The position numbers and the translations under genes are program-made. Positions 30,528-47,940 of a stretch of 64,000 bases of DNA are shown here, one piece after another. Position 1 is the first letter of the stretch, and every line of letters begins with the position of its first letter. Source of the stretch: the human T2T-CHM13v2.0 reference genome, Homo sapiens; the NCBI RefSeq assembly GCF_009914755.1, contig NC_060931.1. One strand, written 5' to 3'. The notes under the pieces are model-generated. The model worked only from the letters and a program-made list of their open reading frames with translations. It searched no databases and was not told the origin of the DNA.

Positions 30528-31095
30528 ATTCATTTTATTCTGATCAGAATTTTTAGCAAGATGTTAAACTTTTGTTTCTTGAAACTAGTTTGTCATAACA
30601 TATTGTAAGTAATTACAGTATTTATTTTCTAGGACTATTGTGAATGTGCAGACCTACATTTACTGCTAAGGAGAGTATTTTTATAAAATAATATTAAATC
30701 CAGTATTAGCTGTCTATTTCAGACACTGAATACTTGCAAAGATCCAGTTTTTTTAAGATGCGACCCCATTGTTGAAAGTAAATGTATGCTTTGGATGTGA
30801 ATATTAGCATCCCAATAAGGATGTGATGATATTAAGGTGGTGGTAGTGGGAAGTCAGTCTTGATTCCTTTGGAAATTTTAGATTTTTGTAAGTTTATTGA
30901 AAAAGTAATTTTTCCTGTACTGTTTCTTCTTGGTAAACAGATCTTTTGAAAAGAAAAACCGTGAAGGAGAAATTGAGGTGTGACTACATTTCCTCAAATA
31001 ACCAGCATTGTATTTGTGAATACTGTGTACTTTGCAGTGAATGGTGTGGAAGCTGATCATTTTTCATTCTGAAGTAAAATACTTTTCCCCAAAAA
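30528..31095 (+). pseudogene. Probable 5'-truncated processed retrocopy of an mRNA 3'UTR (parent unidentified)
   Basis: Non-L1 insert in the L1M; TSD-like aagaagttctatgtgt (30512-30527) / aaaaagtctatgtgt (31091-31105); AGTAAA at 31073-31078 before the A run. Confidence 0.6.
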
Positions 31096-33205
31096 GTCTA
31101 TGTGTGTTTAAAAAGAAGGTATAATCCCTGTATGGTGTGTAATTTATATCAATAATATCTACTCTTAATTTTTAAATATTTTATATTTTCACTTTTCTTT
31201 TTTAAAATATATTTTTATTCTTATAGATACAGGGGGTACAAGTGCAGATTTCTTACATGTATGTATTGCCTAATGGCAAAGTCTGTTTTTAGCGTAGTCA
31301 TCACCTGAACAGTGGACATTATGACCAATAGGTAATTTTTCAACCTTCACCTTCTGCATCTTTTTTTAGTCTCCAGTGCCCATTATTCCACTCTAGATGT
31401 CCATGTTTATCCTTTGTTTAACTTCTACTTACAAGTTAGAACATGAGGTTTTGACTTTGTTTCTGAGTTCTTTCACTTAAGATAATGGCCTGTAGTTCCA
31501 TTCATGTTGCTGCAAAAGACATGATTCTTTTTTATGGCTCGGTAGTATTTCATGGTATATGTATGCCACATTTCCTTTATCTAATTATCGTTGATGGAAA
31601 CTTAGGTTGATTCTTTGCTATTATAAATAGTGCTGTGCTAGAAATACGAGTGCAGGTACCTTTTTGATAACGATTTACTTCCTTTTGGGTATATACCCAG
31701 TAGTGGGATTGCTGAATTGAATAGTAGTTTTATGTTTAGTTCTTTGAGAAACCTTCATACTATTTTCCATAAAGACTGTACTAATCTGCATTCCCACCAA
31801 GAGAGTATAAGCATTTCCTTTTCTCTGCATACTTGCCAGCATCTGCATTTTTTGACTTTTTTTTTTTTAATACTTTAAGTTCTGGGATACATGTGTAGAA
31901 TGTGCAGGTTTGTTACATAGGTATACATGTGCCATGGTGGTCTGCTGCACCCATCAACCCGTCCTCTAAATTAGGTATTCCTCCTAATGCTATCTCTCCC
32001 CTAGCCCCCCACCCCCTGACAGGCCATGGTGTATGATGTTCCCCTCCCTGTGTCCATGTGTTCTCATTGTTCAACTCCCACTTACGAGTGAGAACACGTG
32101 GTGTTTGGTTTTCTGTTCCTGTGTTAGTTTGCTGAAAATGATGGCTTCCAGCTTCATTCATGTCCCTGCAAAGGACATAAACTCATCCTTTTTATGGCTA
32201 CATAGTATTCCATGGTACATATGTGCCACATTTTCTTTATCCAGTCTATCGTTGATGGGCATTTGGGTTGGTTCCAAGTCTTTGCTATTGTGAACAGTGC
32301 CGCGATAAACGATAAACATATGTGTGCATGTGTCTTTATAGTAGAATGATTTATAATCCTTTGGGTATATACCCAGTAATGGGATGGTTGGGTCGAACGG
32401 TATTTCTGGTTCTAGATCCTTGAGGAATCGCCACACTGTCTTCCACAATGGTTGAACTAATTTACACTCCCACCAACAGTGTAAAAGTGTTCCCATTTCT
32501 CCACATCCTCTCCGGCATCTGTTGTTTCCTAACTTTTTAATGATCGTCATTCTAACTGGCATGAGATGGTATCTTACTGTGGTTTTGATTTGCATTTCTC
32601 TAATGACCAGTGATGATGAGCTTTTTTTTTTTTTCGTATGTTTGTTGGCTGTATAAATGTCTTCTTCTGAGAAGTGGCTGTTCATATTGTTTGCCCACTT
32701 TTTGATGGGGTTGTTATTTTCTTGTAAATTTGTTTAAGTTCCTTGTAGATTTTGGATATTAGCCCTTTGTCAGATGGATAGATTGCAAAAATTTTCTCCC
32801 ATTCTGTAGGCTGCCTTTTCACTATGATGATAGTTTCTTCTGCTGTGCAGAAACTCTTTAGTTTAATTAGATCCCATTTGTCAATTTTGGCTTTTGTTGC
32901 CATGCTTTTGGTGTTTTAGTCATGAAGTCTTTGCTGATGCCTATGTCCTGAATGGTATTGCCTAGGTTTTCTTCTAGGGTTTTTATAGTTTTAGGTCATA
33001 CATTTAAGTCTTTAATCCATCTTGAGTTAATTTTTGTATAATGTGTATGGAAGGGTTCCAGTTTCAGTTTTCTGCAGACGGCTAGCCAGTTTTCATAATG
33101 CCATTTATTAAATAGGGAATCCTTTCCCCATTGTTTGTTTTTGTCAGGTTTGTCAAAGATGAGATGGTTGTAGATGTGTGGCATGATTTCTGAGGCATCT
33201 GTTCT

Positions 33206-33283
33206 GTGTGTGTGTATATATATGTATATATATACATATATACGCACATATATACATATATATATACATACATATGTATGTAT
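33206..33283. repeat. (TG)/(TA)/(CA) mixed microsatellite at the L1 deletion junction
   Basis: Alternating purine-pyrimidine tract read directly. Confidence 0.9.
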
Positions 33284-33925
33284 GCATCTCAGGGATGAAG
33301 CCAACCTACTCATGCTGGATAAGCTTTTTGATGTGCTGCTGGATTCGGTTTGCCAATATTTTATTGAGGATTTTCAAATCAATGTTCATCAGGTATATTG
33401 GCCTGAAATTTTCTTTTTTTGTTGTGTCTGTGCCAGGTTTTGGTATCAGGATGATGCTGGCCTCATAAAATGAGCTAGGGAGGAGTCCCTCTTTTTCTAT
33501 TGTTGGGAATAGTTTCAGAAGGAATGGTACCAGCTTCTCTTTTAGAACTGGGCTGTGAATCCGTCTGGTCCTGGGCTTTTTTTGGTTGGTAGGCTATTAA
33601 TTACTGCCTCAATTTCAGAACTTGTTATTGGTCTATTGAGGGATTTAACTTCTTCCTGGTTTAGTCTTGGGAGAGTGTACATGTACAGGAATTTATCCAT
33701 TTCTTCTAAATTTTCTAGTTTATTTGCATAGAGGTGTTTATAGTATTCTCTGATGGTAGTTTGTATTTCTGTGGGATCGGTGGTGATATCCTCTTCATCA
33801 TTTTTTATTGTGTCTATTTGATTCTTCTCTCTTTTCTTCATTAGTCTGGCTAACCATCTATCTGTTGTGTTAATCTTTTCAAAAAACCAGCTTCTGGATT
33901 CATTGATTTTTTGAAGGGCTTTTCA

Positions 33926-34075
<150 letters not shown>

Positions 34076-35585
34076 CTAGCGCTATAAATTTCCCCCTAAA
34101 CACTGCTTTAGCTGTGTCCCAGAGATTCTGGTATGTTGTGCCTTTGTTCTCATTGGTTTCAAAGAACTTATTTATTTCTGCCTTCATTTCATTATTTACC
34201 CAGTAGTCATTCAGGAGCAGGTTGTTCAGTTTTCATGTAGTTGTGCGGTTTTGAGTGAGTTTCTTTATCTGAGTTCTAATTTGATTGCACTGTGGTCTGA
34301 GAGACTGTTTGTTATGATTTCCATTATTTTGCATTTGCTGAGAAGTGTTTTACTTCCAATTATGTGGTCATTTTTAGAATAAGTGCCACGTGGTGCTGAG
34401 AAGAATGTATACTCTGTTGATTTGGGTTGGAGAGTTCTGCAGATGTCTATTAGGTCCGCTTGGTCCAAAGTTGAGTTCAAGTCCTGAATATCCTTGTTAA
34501 TTTTCTGTCTCATTGATCTGTCTAATATTGACAGTAGGGTGTTAAAGTCTCCCACTATTATTTTGTGAGAGTCTAAGTCTCTTTGTAGGTCTCTAAGAAC
34601 ATGCTTTATGAATCTGGGTGCTCCTGTATAGGGTGCATATATATTTAGGATAGTTAGCTCTTCTTGTTGCATTGATCCCTTTACCATTATGTAATGCCTG
34701 TCTTTGTCTTTTTTGATCTTTGTTGGTTTAAAGTCTGTTTCATCAGAGACTAGGATTGCAACCCCTGTTTTTTTTTTTTTTCTTTCCATTTGCTTGGTAA
34801 ATATTCCTCTGTCCCTTTATTTTGAGCCTATATGTGCCTTTGCACATGACATGTGTCTCCTGAATATAGCACACTGATGGGTCTCGACTCTATCCCATTT
34901 GCCAGTCTGTGTCTTTTAATTGGGGCATTTAGCCCATTTACATTTAAGGTTAATATTGTTAAGTGTGAATTTGATCCTGTCATTATGATGCTAGCTGGTT
35001 ATTTTGCCCATTACTTGATGCAGTTTCTTCATAGTGGTGATGTTTTTGCAGTGGCTGGTACCAGTTGTTCCTTTCCATATTTAGTGCTTCCTTCAGGAGC
35101 TCTTGTAAGGCAGGCCTAGTGGTGACAAAATCTCTCAGCATTTGCTTGTCTGTAAAGGATTTTATTTCTCCTTCACTTATGAAACTTAGTTTGGCTGGAT
35201 TTGAGATTCTGGGTTGAAAATTCTTTTCTTTAAGAATGTTGAATATTGGCCCCCCTCTCTTCTACCTTTTAGGGTTTCTGTGGGGAGATCTGCTGTTAGT
35301 CTGATGGGCTTCCCTTTGTGGGTAATCCGACCTTTCTCTCTGGCTGCCCTTAACATTTTTTCCTTCGTTTCAACCTTGGTGAATCTGATGATTATGTGTC
35401 TTGGGGTTGCTCTTCTTGAGTATCTTTGTGGTGTTCTCTGTATTTCCTGAATTTGAATGTTGGTCTGTCTTGCTAAATTCTCTTGGATAATATCCTGAAG
35501 AGTGTTTTCCAACTTGGTTCCATTCTCCCCGTCACTTTCAAGTACACCAATCAAACGTAGGTTTGGTCTTTTCACATGGTCCCAT

Positions 35586-36274
35586 TTTTTTTTTAAATTT
35601 TTTTATTATACTTTAAGTTCTAGAGTACATGTGCACAATGTGTAGGTTTGTTACATATGTATACATGTGCCATGTTGGTGTGCTGCACCCGTTAACTCAT
35701 CATTTACATTAGGTATATCTCCTAATGATATCCCTCCCCGCTCCTCCCACCCCACAACAGGCCCCAGTGTGTGATGTTCCCCTTCCTGTGTCCATGTGTT
35801 CTCATTGTTCAATTCCCACCTATGAGTGAGAACATGTGGTGTTTGGTTTTTTGTCCTTGTGATAGTTTGCTGAGAATGATGGTTTCCAGCTTCATCCATA
35901 TCCCTACAAAGGACATGAACTCATCATTTTTTATGGCTGCATAGTATTCCATGGTGTATATGTGCCACATTTTCTTAATCCAGTCTATCACTGATGGACA
36001 TCTGGGTTGGTTCCAAGACTTTGCTATTGTGAATAGTGCCGCAATAAAAGTGTGCATGTATCTTTATAGCAGCATGATTTATAATCCTTTGGGTATATAC
36101 CCAGTAATGGGATCACTGGGTCAAATGGTATTTCTAGTTGTAGATCTTTGAGGAATCGCCACACTGTCTTCCACAATGGTTGAACTAGTTTACAGTCCCA
36201 CTAACAGTGTAAAAGTGTTCCTATTTCTCCACATCCTCTCCAGCTACTGTTGTTTCCTGACTTTTTAATGATCG
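35586..36274 (-). mobile_element. 5'-truncated L1PA4/5-like insert within the L1PA7 ORF1
   Basis: Second L1 3' end; TSD cacatggtcccat at 35573-35585 and 36275-36287. Confidence 0.92.
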
Positions 36275-38487
36275 CACATGGTCCCATATTTCTTGGAGGC
36301 TTTATTCATTCCTTTTCATTCTTTTTTCTCTAATCTTGTCTTCATGCTTTATTTCATTGAGTTGATCTTCAATCTCTGATATCCTTTGTTCCTCTTGATT
36401 GATCCAGCTATTGATATTTATGTATGCTTCATGAAGTTCTCGTGCTGTGTTTTGCAGTTCCATCATGTCATTTATAGTGTTCTCTAAACTGGTTATTCTA
36501 GTTAGCAATTCCTCTAACCTTTTTTCAAGGTTCTTAGCTTCTTTGCGTTGGGTTAGAACATGCTTCTTTAGCTTGGAGGAGTTTGTTATTACGTACTTTC
36601 TGAAGCCTATTTCTGTCAATTTGGCAAACTCATTCTCCCTCCAGTTTTGTTCCCTTGCTGGCGAGGACTTGTGATCCTTTGGTGGAGAAGAGTTGTTCTG
36701 GTTTTTGGAATTTTCAGCCTTTTTGCACTGGTTTTTCCTCATCTTTGTGGATTTATCTACCTTTGGTCTTTGATGTTGGTGACCTTCAAGTGAGGTTTCT
36801 GTGTGGATGTCCTCTTTGTTGATGTTGATGCTATTGCTTTCTATTTGTTAGTTTTCCTTCTAACAGTCAGGCCCCTCTGCTGTAGGTCTGCTGAAGTTTG
36901 CTGGAGGTCCACTCCAGACCCTGTTTTCCTGGGTATCACCAATGGAGGCTGCAGAACAGCAAAGATTGCTCCCTGTTCCTTCCTCTGGAGGCTTTGTCCC
37001 AGAGGGTCACCTGCCAGATGCCAGCCAGAGCTCTCCTCTATGAGGTGTCTGTTGACCCCTGCTGGGAGGTGTCTCCCAGACAGGAGGCATGGGGGTCAGG
37101 GACCCACTTGAGGAGAGAGTCTGTCCCTTAGCAGAGCTCAGGTGCTATGCTGGGAGATCCACTGCTCTGTTCATAGACAGCAGGCAGGAACATTTACGTC
37201 TGCTGAAGCTGCGCCCACAGCCACCCCTTCCCCCAGGTGCTCTGTCCCAGGGAGATGGGAGTTTTATCTATAAGCCCCTGACTGGGGGTGCTGCCTTTCT
37301 TTCAGAGATGCCCTGCCCAGAGAGGAGGAATCCAGAGAAGCAGTCTGGCTACAGCGGCTTTGTGGCGCTGCGGTGGGCTCTGCCCACTTTGACTTTTTAA
37401 TAATAGCCATTCTGTAACAGTCAACAGACTAAACAGACAACCTATAGAATGAGAAAAAAATATTTGCAAACTATGCATCTGACAAATGGTTAATATCCAG
37501 AATCTACAAGGAACTCAAATAACTCACCAAAAAAGGAAATAACCCTTTTTACTTATTTTGATCTACTTGAAGAAGACGACACATGTACATCTATTATTAT
37601 ATTCTGTGTATCCATTTATCTTTGTATATGTTAAAGTTTTACCTTAGGAATCTTTATGCTATGCTATTTAGTAGATAAGTATTTATGATTATTGTACCTT
37701 CCTGTGAATTACAGCATTTGTCATTATACAATGCCTTCTTAGTTTTATGTAATATTTCTTTGCTGTGAATTCAATCTTGTCTGATATTATAGCCCCTACA
37801 TAATTTTGTGTTTTCATAGGCATGCTACAGTGTATTTATCTTTTTCCTTTCAACCATCTGAGACACTTTGTTTTAGAAGCATTTATTCAGTTCTGCTGAA
37901 AGTTGAATTTTTATTTGTGACTTATTCTAAAAGTATTTTCCTAGGTGAGTCCATAAGATTTATCTTTATTGTGTATTTTCATTCTGCCATCATATCTTAA
38001 TTCTGACATTTAGTTACCCTTGACTTTTATGTTTTATTACATTGTCTGGTTTACTGTGCTTTGTTTATTTGGAAGTATTTTCTTAAACTTATGTATTCTT
38101 TTGTCTTTTAGGCTCTGTCTGTGTTCACTTTACTTTGCTTTTTTGCATGCATTTTCCTCCTAATAATTTGAAAGGTGTATCATCTTTTTTATGGTTTACA
38201 ATGCTTACCTTTATAATTTCACATATGTTTAATTTCATTTTAAATACATATCTTGCCTTCTACTATGAACAATAAATACATATTTATTGTTCATACTATG
38301 AACTTGCCTCTACCTCTCTTTCCTCAATTCCATCATTCAATTTACTTGGCTATTTTATTGTCCTTTGTTCCTGAGGTAGTTTTCTTTCTATGTTTAAATG
38401 CAATTCTGAATTCTGTTCTAGGTAATACGGCAAAGAAGCCATCACAAAAACCTTCCTAATATAGAACAATTAGAAATGATGGATACA

Positions 38488-38778
38488 GGCTGGGCATGGT
38501 CACTTATGCCTGTAGTCCCAGCACTTTCGGAGGCCGAGGCGGGTGGATCACCAGAGGTCAGGAGTTTGAGACCAGCCTGACCAACATGGTGAAACCCCGT
38601 TTCTACTAAAAATACAAAATTAGCCAGGCGTGGTGGCATGTGCCTGTAATCCCAGCTACTCGAGAGGCTGAGGCAGGAGGATCGATTGAACCCAGGAGTC
38701 AGAGGTTGCAGTGAGCTGAGATCGCACCACTGCACTCCAACCTGGGCAACAAGAGCAAAACTCTGTCAAAAAAAAAAA
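38488..38778 (+). mobile_element. AluSp/Sq-like
   Basis: cctgaccaacatgg, gggcaacaagagcaaaactc; TSD atggataca at 38479-38487 and 38779-38787. Confidence 0.93.
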
Positions 38779-39129
38779 ATGGATACAATATTTGATCTTT
38801 AAGTAAATAACTGAGCTGGCAAGAAATGGAGCCCTAACCATGAGAAGGTATGGCCACATAGAGTAAACAAAGTACTGTCACTGGAAGCTGCTTTGAGAGC
38901 ATCCAACATCTGCTGGTGGCCTAGAGCTTGGGCCTTAATGGACCATATCTGTTTAGAGGATCAAAGAAGGCAAAGCCTGCTCAAAGAAGAAGGTTTGGAC
39001 CAGAGATTCCTGTATGAACCAAAAACCTTGCAAAGTGACTCTTTGGGTGAAAAGGTAAAAATGTTACGATTAATTATAAAATTATTTATTATAAAATTAT
39101 TTATAATTCATAATGTATTGATTAAATAA

Positions 39130-40350
39130 CAAAACACCCAGCAGAGAGAAATATAAAACAGATGTTTGCTATCTTAAACTTGGCTCTTGGTGGATGGGTT
39201 TGGGAAAATGTTTCCCTGAGAATTCAAAACCACAAAGAAGCCTTTACATGGATTTGGGGATGGATTTCAAAGAATTCAATGCCCTTGGAAAACCCAGAGC
39301 TCAGGATTTAATTTGAACTGGTTCTGGTTATGTAGTGCTCCTAGGTGACTGATAGAAGCAAAAATAAATCATATCTAAGGAAAAACACTTTAAACTTGAG
39401 CTTCAAAGAAATTCCACAGCCCAAATTCCAAGGAATGTGAGATCAAAATTTAAACTATCATATTAAGTGAGGAAATAAACCACCATGAGCAAGAGTCAAT
39501 AGAATGAAAGGAAAAAAAAAACACCACCAATACATGTTAGACCCACTAAGATTATAGGAGTAGAAATTACTATATGCAGGATATAAAATAGGTATGTTTA
39601 ATTTGCTTAAGGAAATAAGAGACTCTTTAAGTATTATTAAGAAGTAAAAGACTATGAAAAATGACCAGGCTAAATAAAAAATGAACCAAAGAACTTGTAA
39701 AAATAATTAGAAACTCAATGGACTAAACAGTAGATTAGACTTTAACAGCTGATTGGACAGAATAAAATCAGTGAACATGGAGGCTAAGTCTAACAAATCT
39801 CTAATCAAATTTCCTGAGGAGGATAATAGAATTGGGGAAAGACACAATTCAAAATGACATTGAGAATTTTGCAGAAAAAATAAAAACACAAACCTTTAGA
39901 TTCAGTGTCCTGATAAGAGACAAATAAGATAAAGGAAAAAAAAAAGACATTTAGATACGCAATGAAACTGCAGATTGCCAAAGAAAAGAGAGATTCTTAA
40001 AAGGTGATAGAGGAAAAAAAACAAAAACACTAGGTAACTTAAAACAAATGACAATTTGATTGAGACCATCAGAAGATGGGATAATATCTTCAAAATGCTA
40101 AGAGAAAATAACTGTCAACCTAGAGTTGTATAGCCAGTGAAACATCTTCCAATGTGAAATTAGCACATTTCTAACAAACTAAAAGATCTATTTTCTTAAA
40201 AAACAAAAAATTCTAAGAGAAGAATGTCAAAGCAAAGAAAAAATGATCCCTAAAAGAACTAAGATGTAAGGGAGAATGCTAAGACAAGACATTGGTAAAG
40301 ATATGGGAAAATCTGTATTAACAGCAATAATGTCTTTGTTGTAGTGTAAA
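39130..40350 (+). mobile_element. Old L1M 5'UTR/ORF1 remnant
   Basis: aaactcaatggactaaacagtagattagac..., gaaaataactgtcaacctagagtt ORF1-like. Confidence 0.6.
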
Positions 40351-41477
40351 AAACAGAATTCTTTTCATAGAAAGCATCTTCTGAGACAATCCTATTTTAT
40401 GAAACACACTCAGCAAAATGCTGCTAATTAATGCTAGGCTGGGTGCCAGAGCCAGACCCTTTGCTAGTATAGTTAGTGAGTACAGATGCCCACCCAGCCT
40501 CTCAATTTCAACAAAGCTTTGTTCTCTATTTATTGTGAAGAATTCATTTTATGGATACAATTATTGGTTACAATAGCAGTCACCAGCCTGCAGATCTAGG
40601 AAGTTCAACATTTTGTTGAACTATGAATGTCACAATTATGCCTTATGAGAAACTAGGAACTGTAACCACACTAAAACTGTGAGAATTCGTCTCTTAAATC
40701 TTGACATATTTGTATTAAAGACCAGAGGAAAACCTGGCAAAGAATACAGTACAGTTATATCATCATTGAATTTTTATTTTTCTAACTACCATGATGAGAT
40801 TCCAAGTTTCTCTCTTTAAAAGAAAATAAATCATTATGATGCCATCATGAAATCATTTCTAATCCAATGGTGCCAGTCATTACTACCATTTGAAATATAG
40901 TTATGCCTTTCAGCTGTGGCTTAGTAATGATATTAAGTCTGAATTTTCCTGCAAAAGCAATTTATTCATGTCACCACTTACTGCTGTAAGCTTGTTTATG
41001 GCTTTCTAAATGGGATCTGTTTCACCATTTGGTTCTTTCTTCAGCACATTTTGCCTTTTGTAAAACACATACATTTCCTCCAATGCAATCATAAATGATG
41101 ACAGAGGAGAAGAACTGAATTAGAATGTAAAGCTACTTCCTAAAGTATCTACATATGATGACCAGATTTACAAAGAGGAAAGGAGAAGCACATTGCAGCA
41201 ATAGAAGAGATGTTCAGAATCTTACAAAAATCCTGAATTATGATGTCAAAACCCTGCCTCCAGTTGTGAAAATTGAAGTATAATTACTAAAACTAATATT
41301 CATAGTAATGTGAACTCTTTTTATAAGACTGCCTCTTGAAAAGAGTAAAACAGCTAAAATAAAGTGTTTCATTTTGTATCTTAATTTTGCTGGTGAAACT
41401 ACACATGTGATTAAATAAATTAGAACTATATACACCCTTTATACCAATATGATTTTGATATTGAGCTATAGCCACCT

Positions 41478-41585
41478 AAGATGTAAGCAATAGGGGAAAT
41501 TGGTGAAGGGTGCATAGGACCTCTGTATTATCTCTGCAACTTCTTATGGATCTATAATTATTACTAAATTTTAAAAAATTTAAAA
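41478..41585 (+). mobile_element. Old L1M 3' tail
   Basis: ggggaaattggtgaagggtgcatagga..ctctgtattatctctgcaacttc. Confidence 0.65.
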
Positions 41586-41837
41586 CCTATTTCCTCACCT
41601 TTCAATTTTTTTTAATTTATTTATTTATTATTATTATACTTTAAGTTTTAGGGTACATGTGCACAATGTGCAGGTTAGTTACATATGTATACATGTGCCA
41701 TGCTGGTGCGCTGCACCCACTAACTCGTCATCTAGCATTAGGTATATCTCCCAATGCTATCCCTCCCCCCTCCCCCCACCCCACAACAGTCCCCAGAGTG
41801 TGATGTTCCCCTTCCTGTGTCCGTGTGTTCTCGTTGT

Positions 41838-45662
<3,825 letters not shown>

Positions 45663-45722
45663 TATGTTAGCTGGTTATTTTGCTCGTTAGTTGATGCAGT
45701 TTCTTCCTAGTCTCGATGGCCT

Positions 45723-46739
45723 TTACATTTTGGCATGATTTTGCAGTGGCTGGTACCAGTTGTTCCTTTCCATGTTTAGTGCTTCCTTCAGGAGCTCTTT
45801 TTGGGTAGGCCTGGTGGTGACAAAATCTGTCAGCATTTGCTTGTCTGTAAAGTATTTTATTTCTCCTTCATTTATGAAGCTTAGTTTGGCTGGATATGAA
45901 ATTCTGGGTTGAAAATTCTTTTCTTTAAGAATGTTGAATATTGGCCCCCACTCTCTTCTGGCCTGTAAAGTTTCTGTCGAGAGATCTGCTGTTAGTCTGA
46001 TGGGCTTCCCTTTGAGGGTAACCCGACCTTTCTCTCTGGCTGCCCTTAACATTTTTTCCTTCATTTCAACTTTGGTGAATCTGACAATTATGTGTCTTGG
46101 AGTTGCTCTTCTCGAGGAGTATCTTTGTGGCATTCTCTCTATTTCCTGAATCTGAACGTTGGCCTGCCTTGCTAGATTGGGGAAGTTCTCCTGGATGATA
46201 TCCTGCAGAGTGTTTTCCAACTTGGTTCCATTCTCCCCGTCACTTTCAGGTACACCAATCAGACCTAGATTTGGTCTTTTCACATAGTCCCATATTTCTT
46301 GGAGGCTTTGCTCGTTTCTTTTTATTCTTTTTTCTCTAAACTTCCCTTCTCGCTTCATTTCATTCATTTCATCTTCCATCGGTGATACCCTTTCTTCCAG
46401 TTGACCGCATTGGCTCCTGAGGCTTCTGCATTCTTCACATAGTTCTCGAGCCTTGGTTTTCAGCTCCATCAGCTCCTTTAAGCACTTCTCTGTATTGATT
46501 ATTCTAGTTATACATTCTTCTAAATTTTTTTCAAAGTTTTCAACTTCTTTTCCTTTGGTTTGAATGTCCTCCTGTAGCTCGGAGTAATTTGATCGTCTGA
46601 AGCCTTCTTCTCTCAGCTCGTCAAAGTCATTCTCCATCCAGCTTTGTTCCATTGCTGGTGAGGAACTGCGTTCCTTTGGAGAAGGAGAGGCGCTCTGCTT
46701 TTTAGAGTTTCCAGTTTTTCTGCTCTGTTTTTTCCCCAT
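45723..46739 (-). CDS. ORF1: L1 ORF1p, intact 338 aa (E2)
   Basis: MGKKQSRK...NHAKM; REKG, ARR and YPAKLS retained. Confidence 0.93.
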   Translation of the reverse strand: MGKKQSRKTGNSKKQSASPSPKERSSSPAMEQSWMENDFDELREEGFRRSNYSELQEDIQTKGKEVENFEKNLEECITRIINTEKCLKELMELKTKARELCEECRSLRSQCGQLEERVSPMEDEMNEMKREGKFREKRIKRNEQSLQEIWDYVKRPNLGLIGVPESDGENGTKLENTLQDIIQENFPNLARQANVQIQEIERMPQRYSSRRATPRHIIVRFTKVEMKEKMLRAAREKGRVTLKGKPIRLTADLSTETLQARREWGPIFNILKEKNFQPRISYPAKLSFINEGEIKYFTDKQMLTDFVTTRPTQKELLKEALNMERNNWYQPLQNHAKM

Positions 46740-47193
46740 CTTTGTGGTTTTATCTACTTTTGGTCTTTGATGATGGTGATGTACAGATGGGTTTTTTGGT
46801 GTGGATATCCTTTCTGTTTGTTAGTTTTCCTTCTAACAGACAGGACCCTCAGCTGCAGGTCTGTTGGAATACCCTGCCGTGTGAGGTGTCAGTCTGCCCC
46901 TGCTGGGGGGTGCCTCCCAGTTAGGCTGCTCAGGGGTCAGGGGTCAGGGACCCATTGAGGAGGCAGTCTGCCTGTTCTCAGATCCCAGCTTCGTGCTGGG
47001 AGAACCACTGCTCTCTTTAAAGCTGTCAGACAGGGACATTTAAGTCTGCAGAGGTTACTGCTGTCTTTTTGTTTGTCTGTGCCCTGCCCCCAGAGGTGGA
47101 GCCTACAGAGGCAGGCAGGCCTCCTTCAGCTGTGGTGGGCTCCACCCAGTTGGAGCTTGCCAGCTGCTTTGTTTACCTAAGCAAGCCTGGGCA

Positions 47194-47448
47194 ATGGCAG
47201 GCGCCCCTCCCCCAGCCTCGCTGCTGCCTTGCAGTTTGATCTCAGACTGCTGTGCTAGCAATCAGCGAGACTACATGGGCTTAGGACCCTCCGAGCCATG
47301 TGCGGGATATAATCTCCTGATGCGCCGTTTTTTAAGCCCGTCGGAAAAGTGCAGTATTCGGGTGGGAGTGACCCGATTTTCCAGGTGCTGTCTGTCACCC
47401 CTTTCTTTGACTAGGAAAGGGAACTCCCTGACCCCTTGCGCTTCCTGA
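47194..47448 (+). CDS. ORF0: L1 antisense ORF0 (E2), 84 aa
   Basis: MAGAPPPASLLPCSLISDCCASNQRD... Confidence 0.75.
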   Translation: MAGAPPPASLLPCSLISDCCASNQRDYMGLGPSEPCAGYNLLMRRFLSPSEKCSIRVGVTRFSRCCLSPLSLTRKGNSLTPCAS

Positions 47449-47643
47449 GTGAGGCAATGCCTCGCCCTGCTTCGGCTTGCACACGGTGCGTGCACCCACT
47501 GACCTGCGCCCACTGTCTGGCACTCCCTAGTGAGATGAACCCTGTACCTCAGATGGAAATGCAGAAATCACCCGTCTTCTGCATCACTCATGCTGGGAGC
47601 TGTAGACCGGAGCTGTTCCTATTCCTCACCTTTCAATTTTTAA

Positions 47644-47940
<297 letters not shown>

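Noticed and set aside
33082-33473. Y/I/V/C-rich ORFs
   Set aside because: Translations of the microsatellite
38442-38859. Alu-derived ORFs (also 20976, 47677, 49665-50533)
   Set aside because: Standard antisense Alu translations
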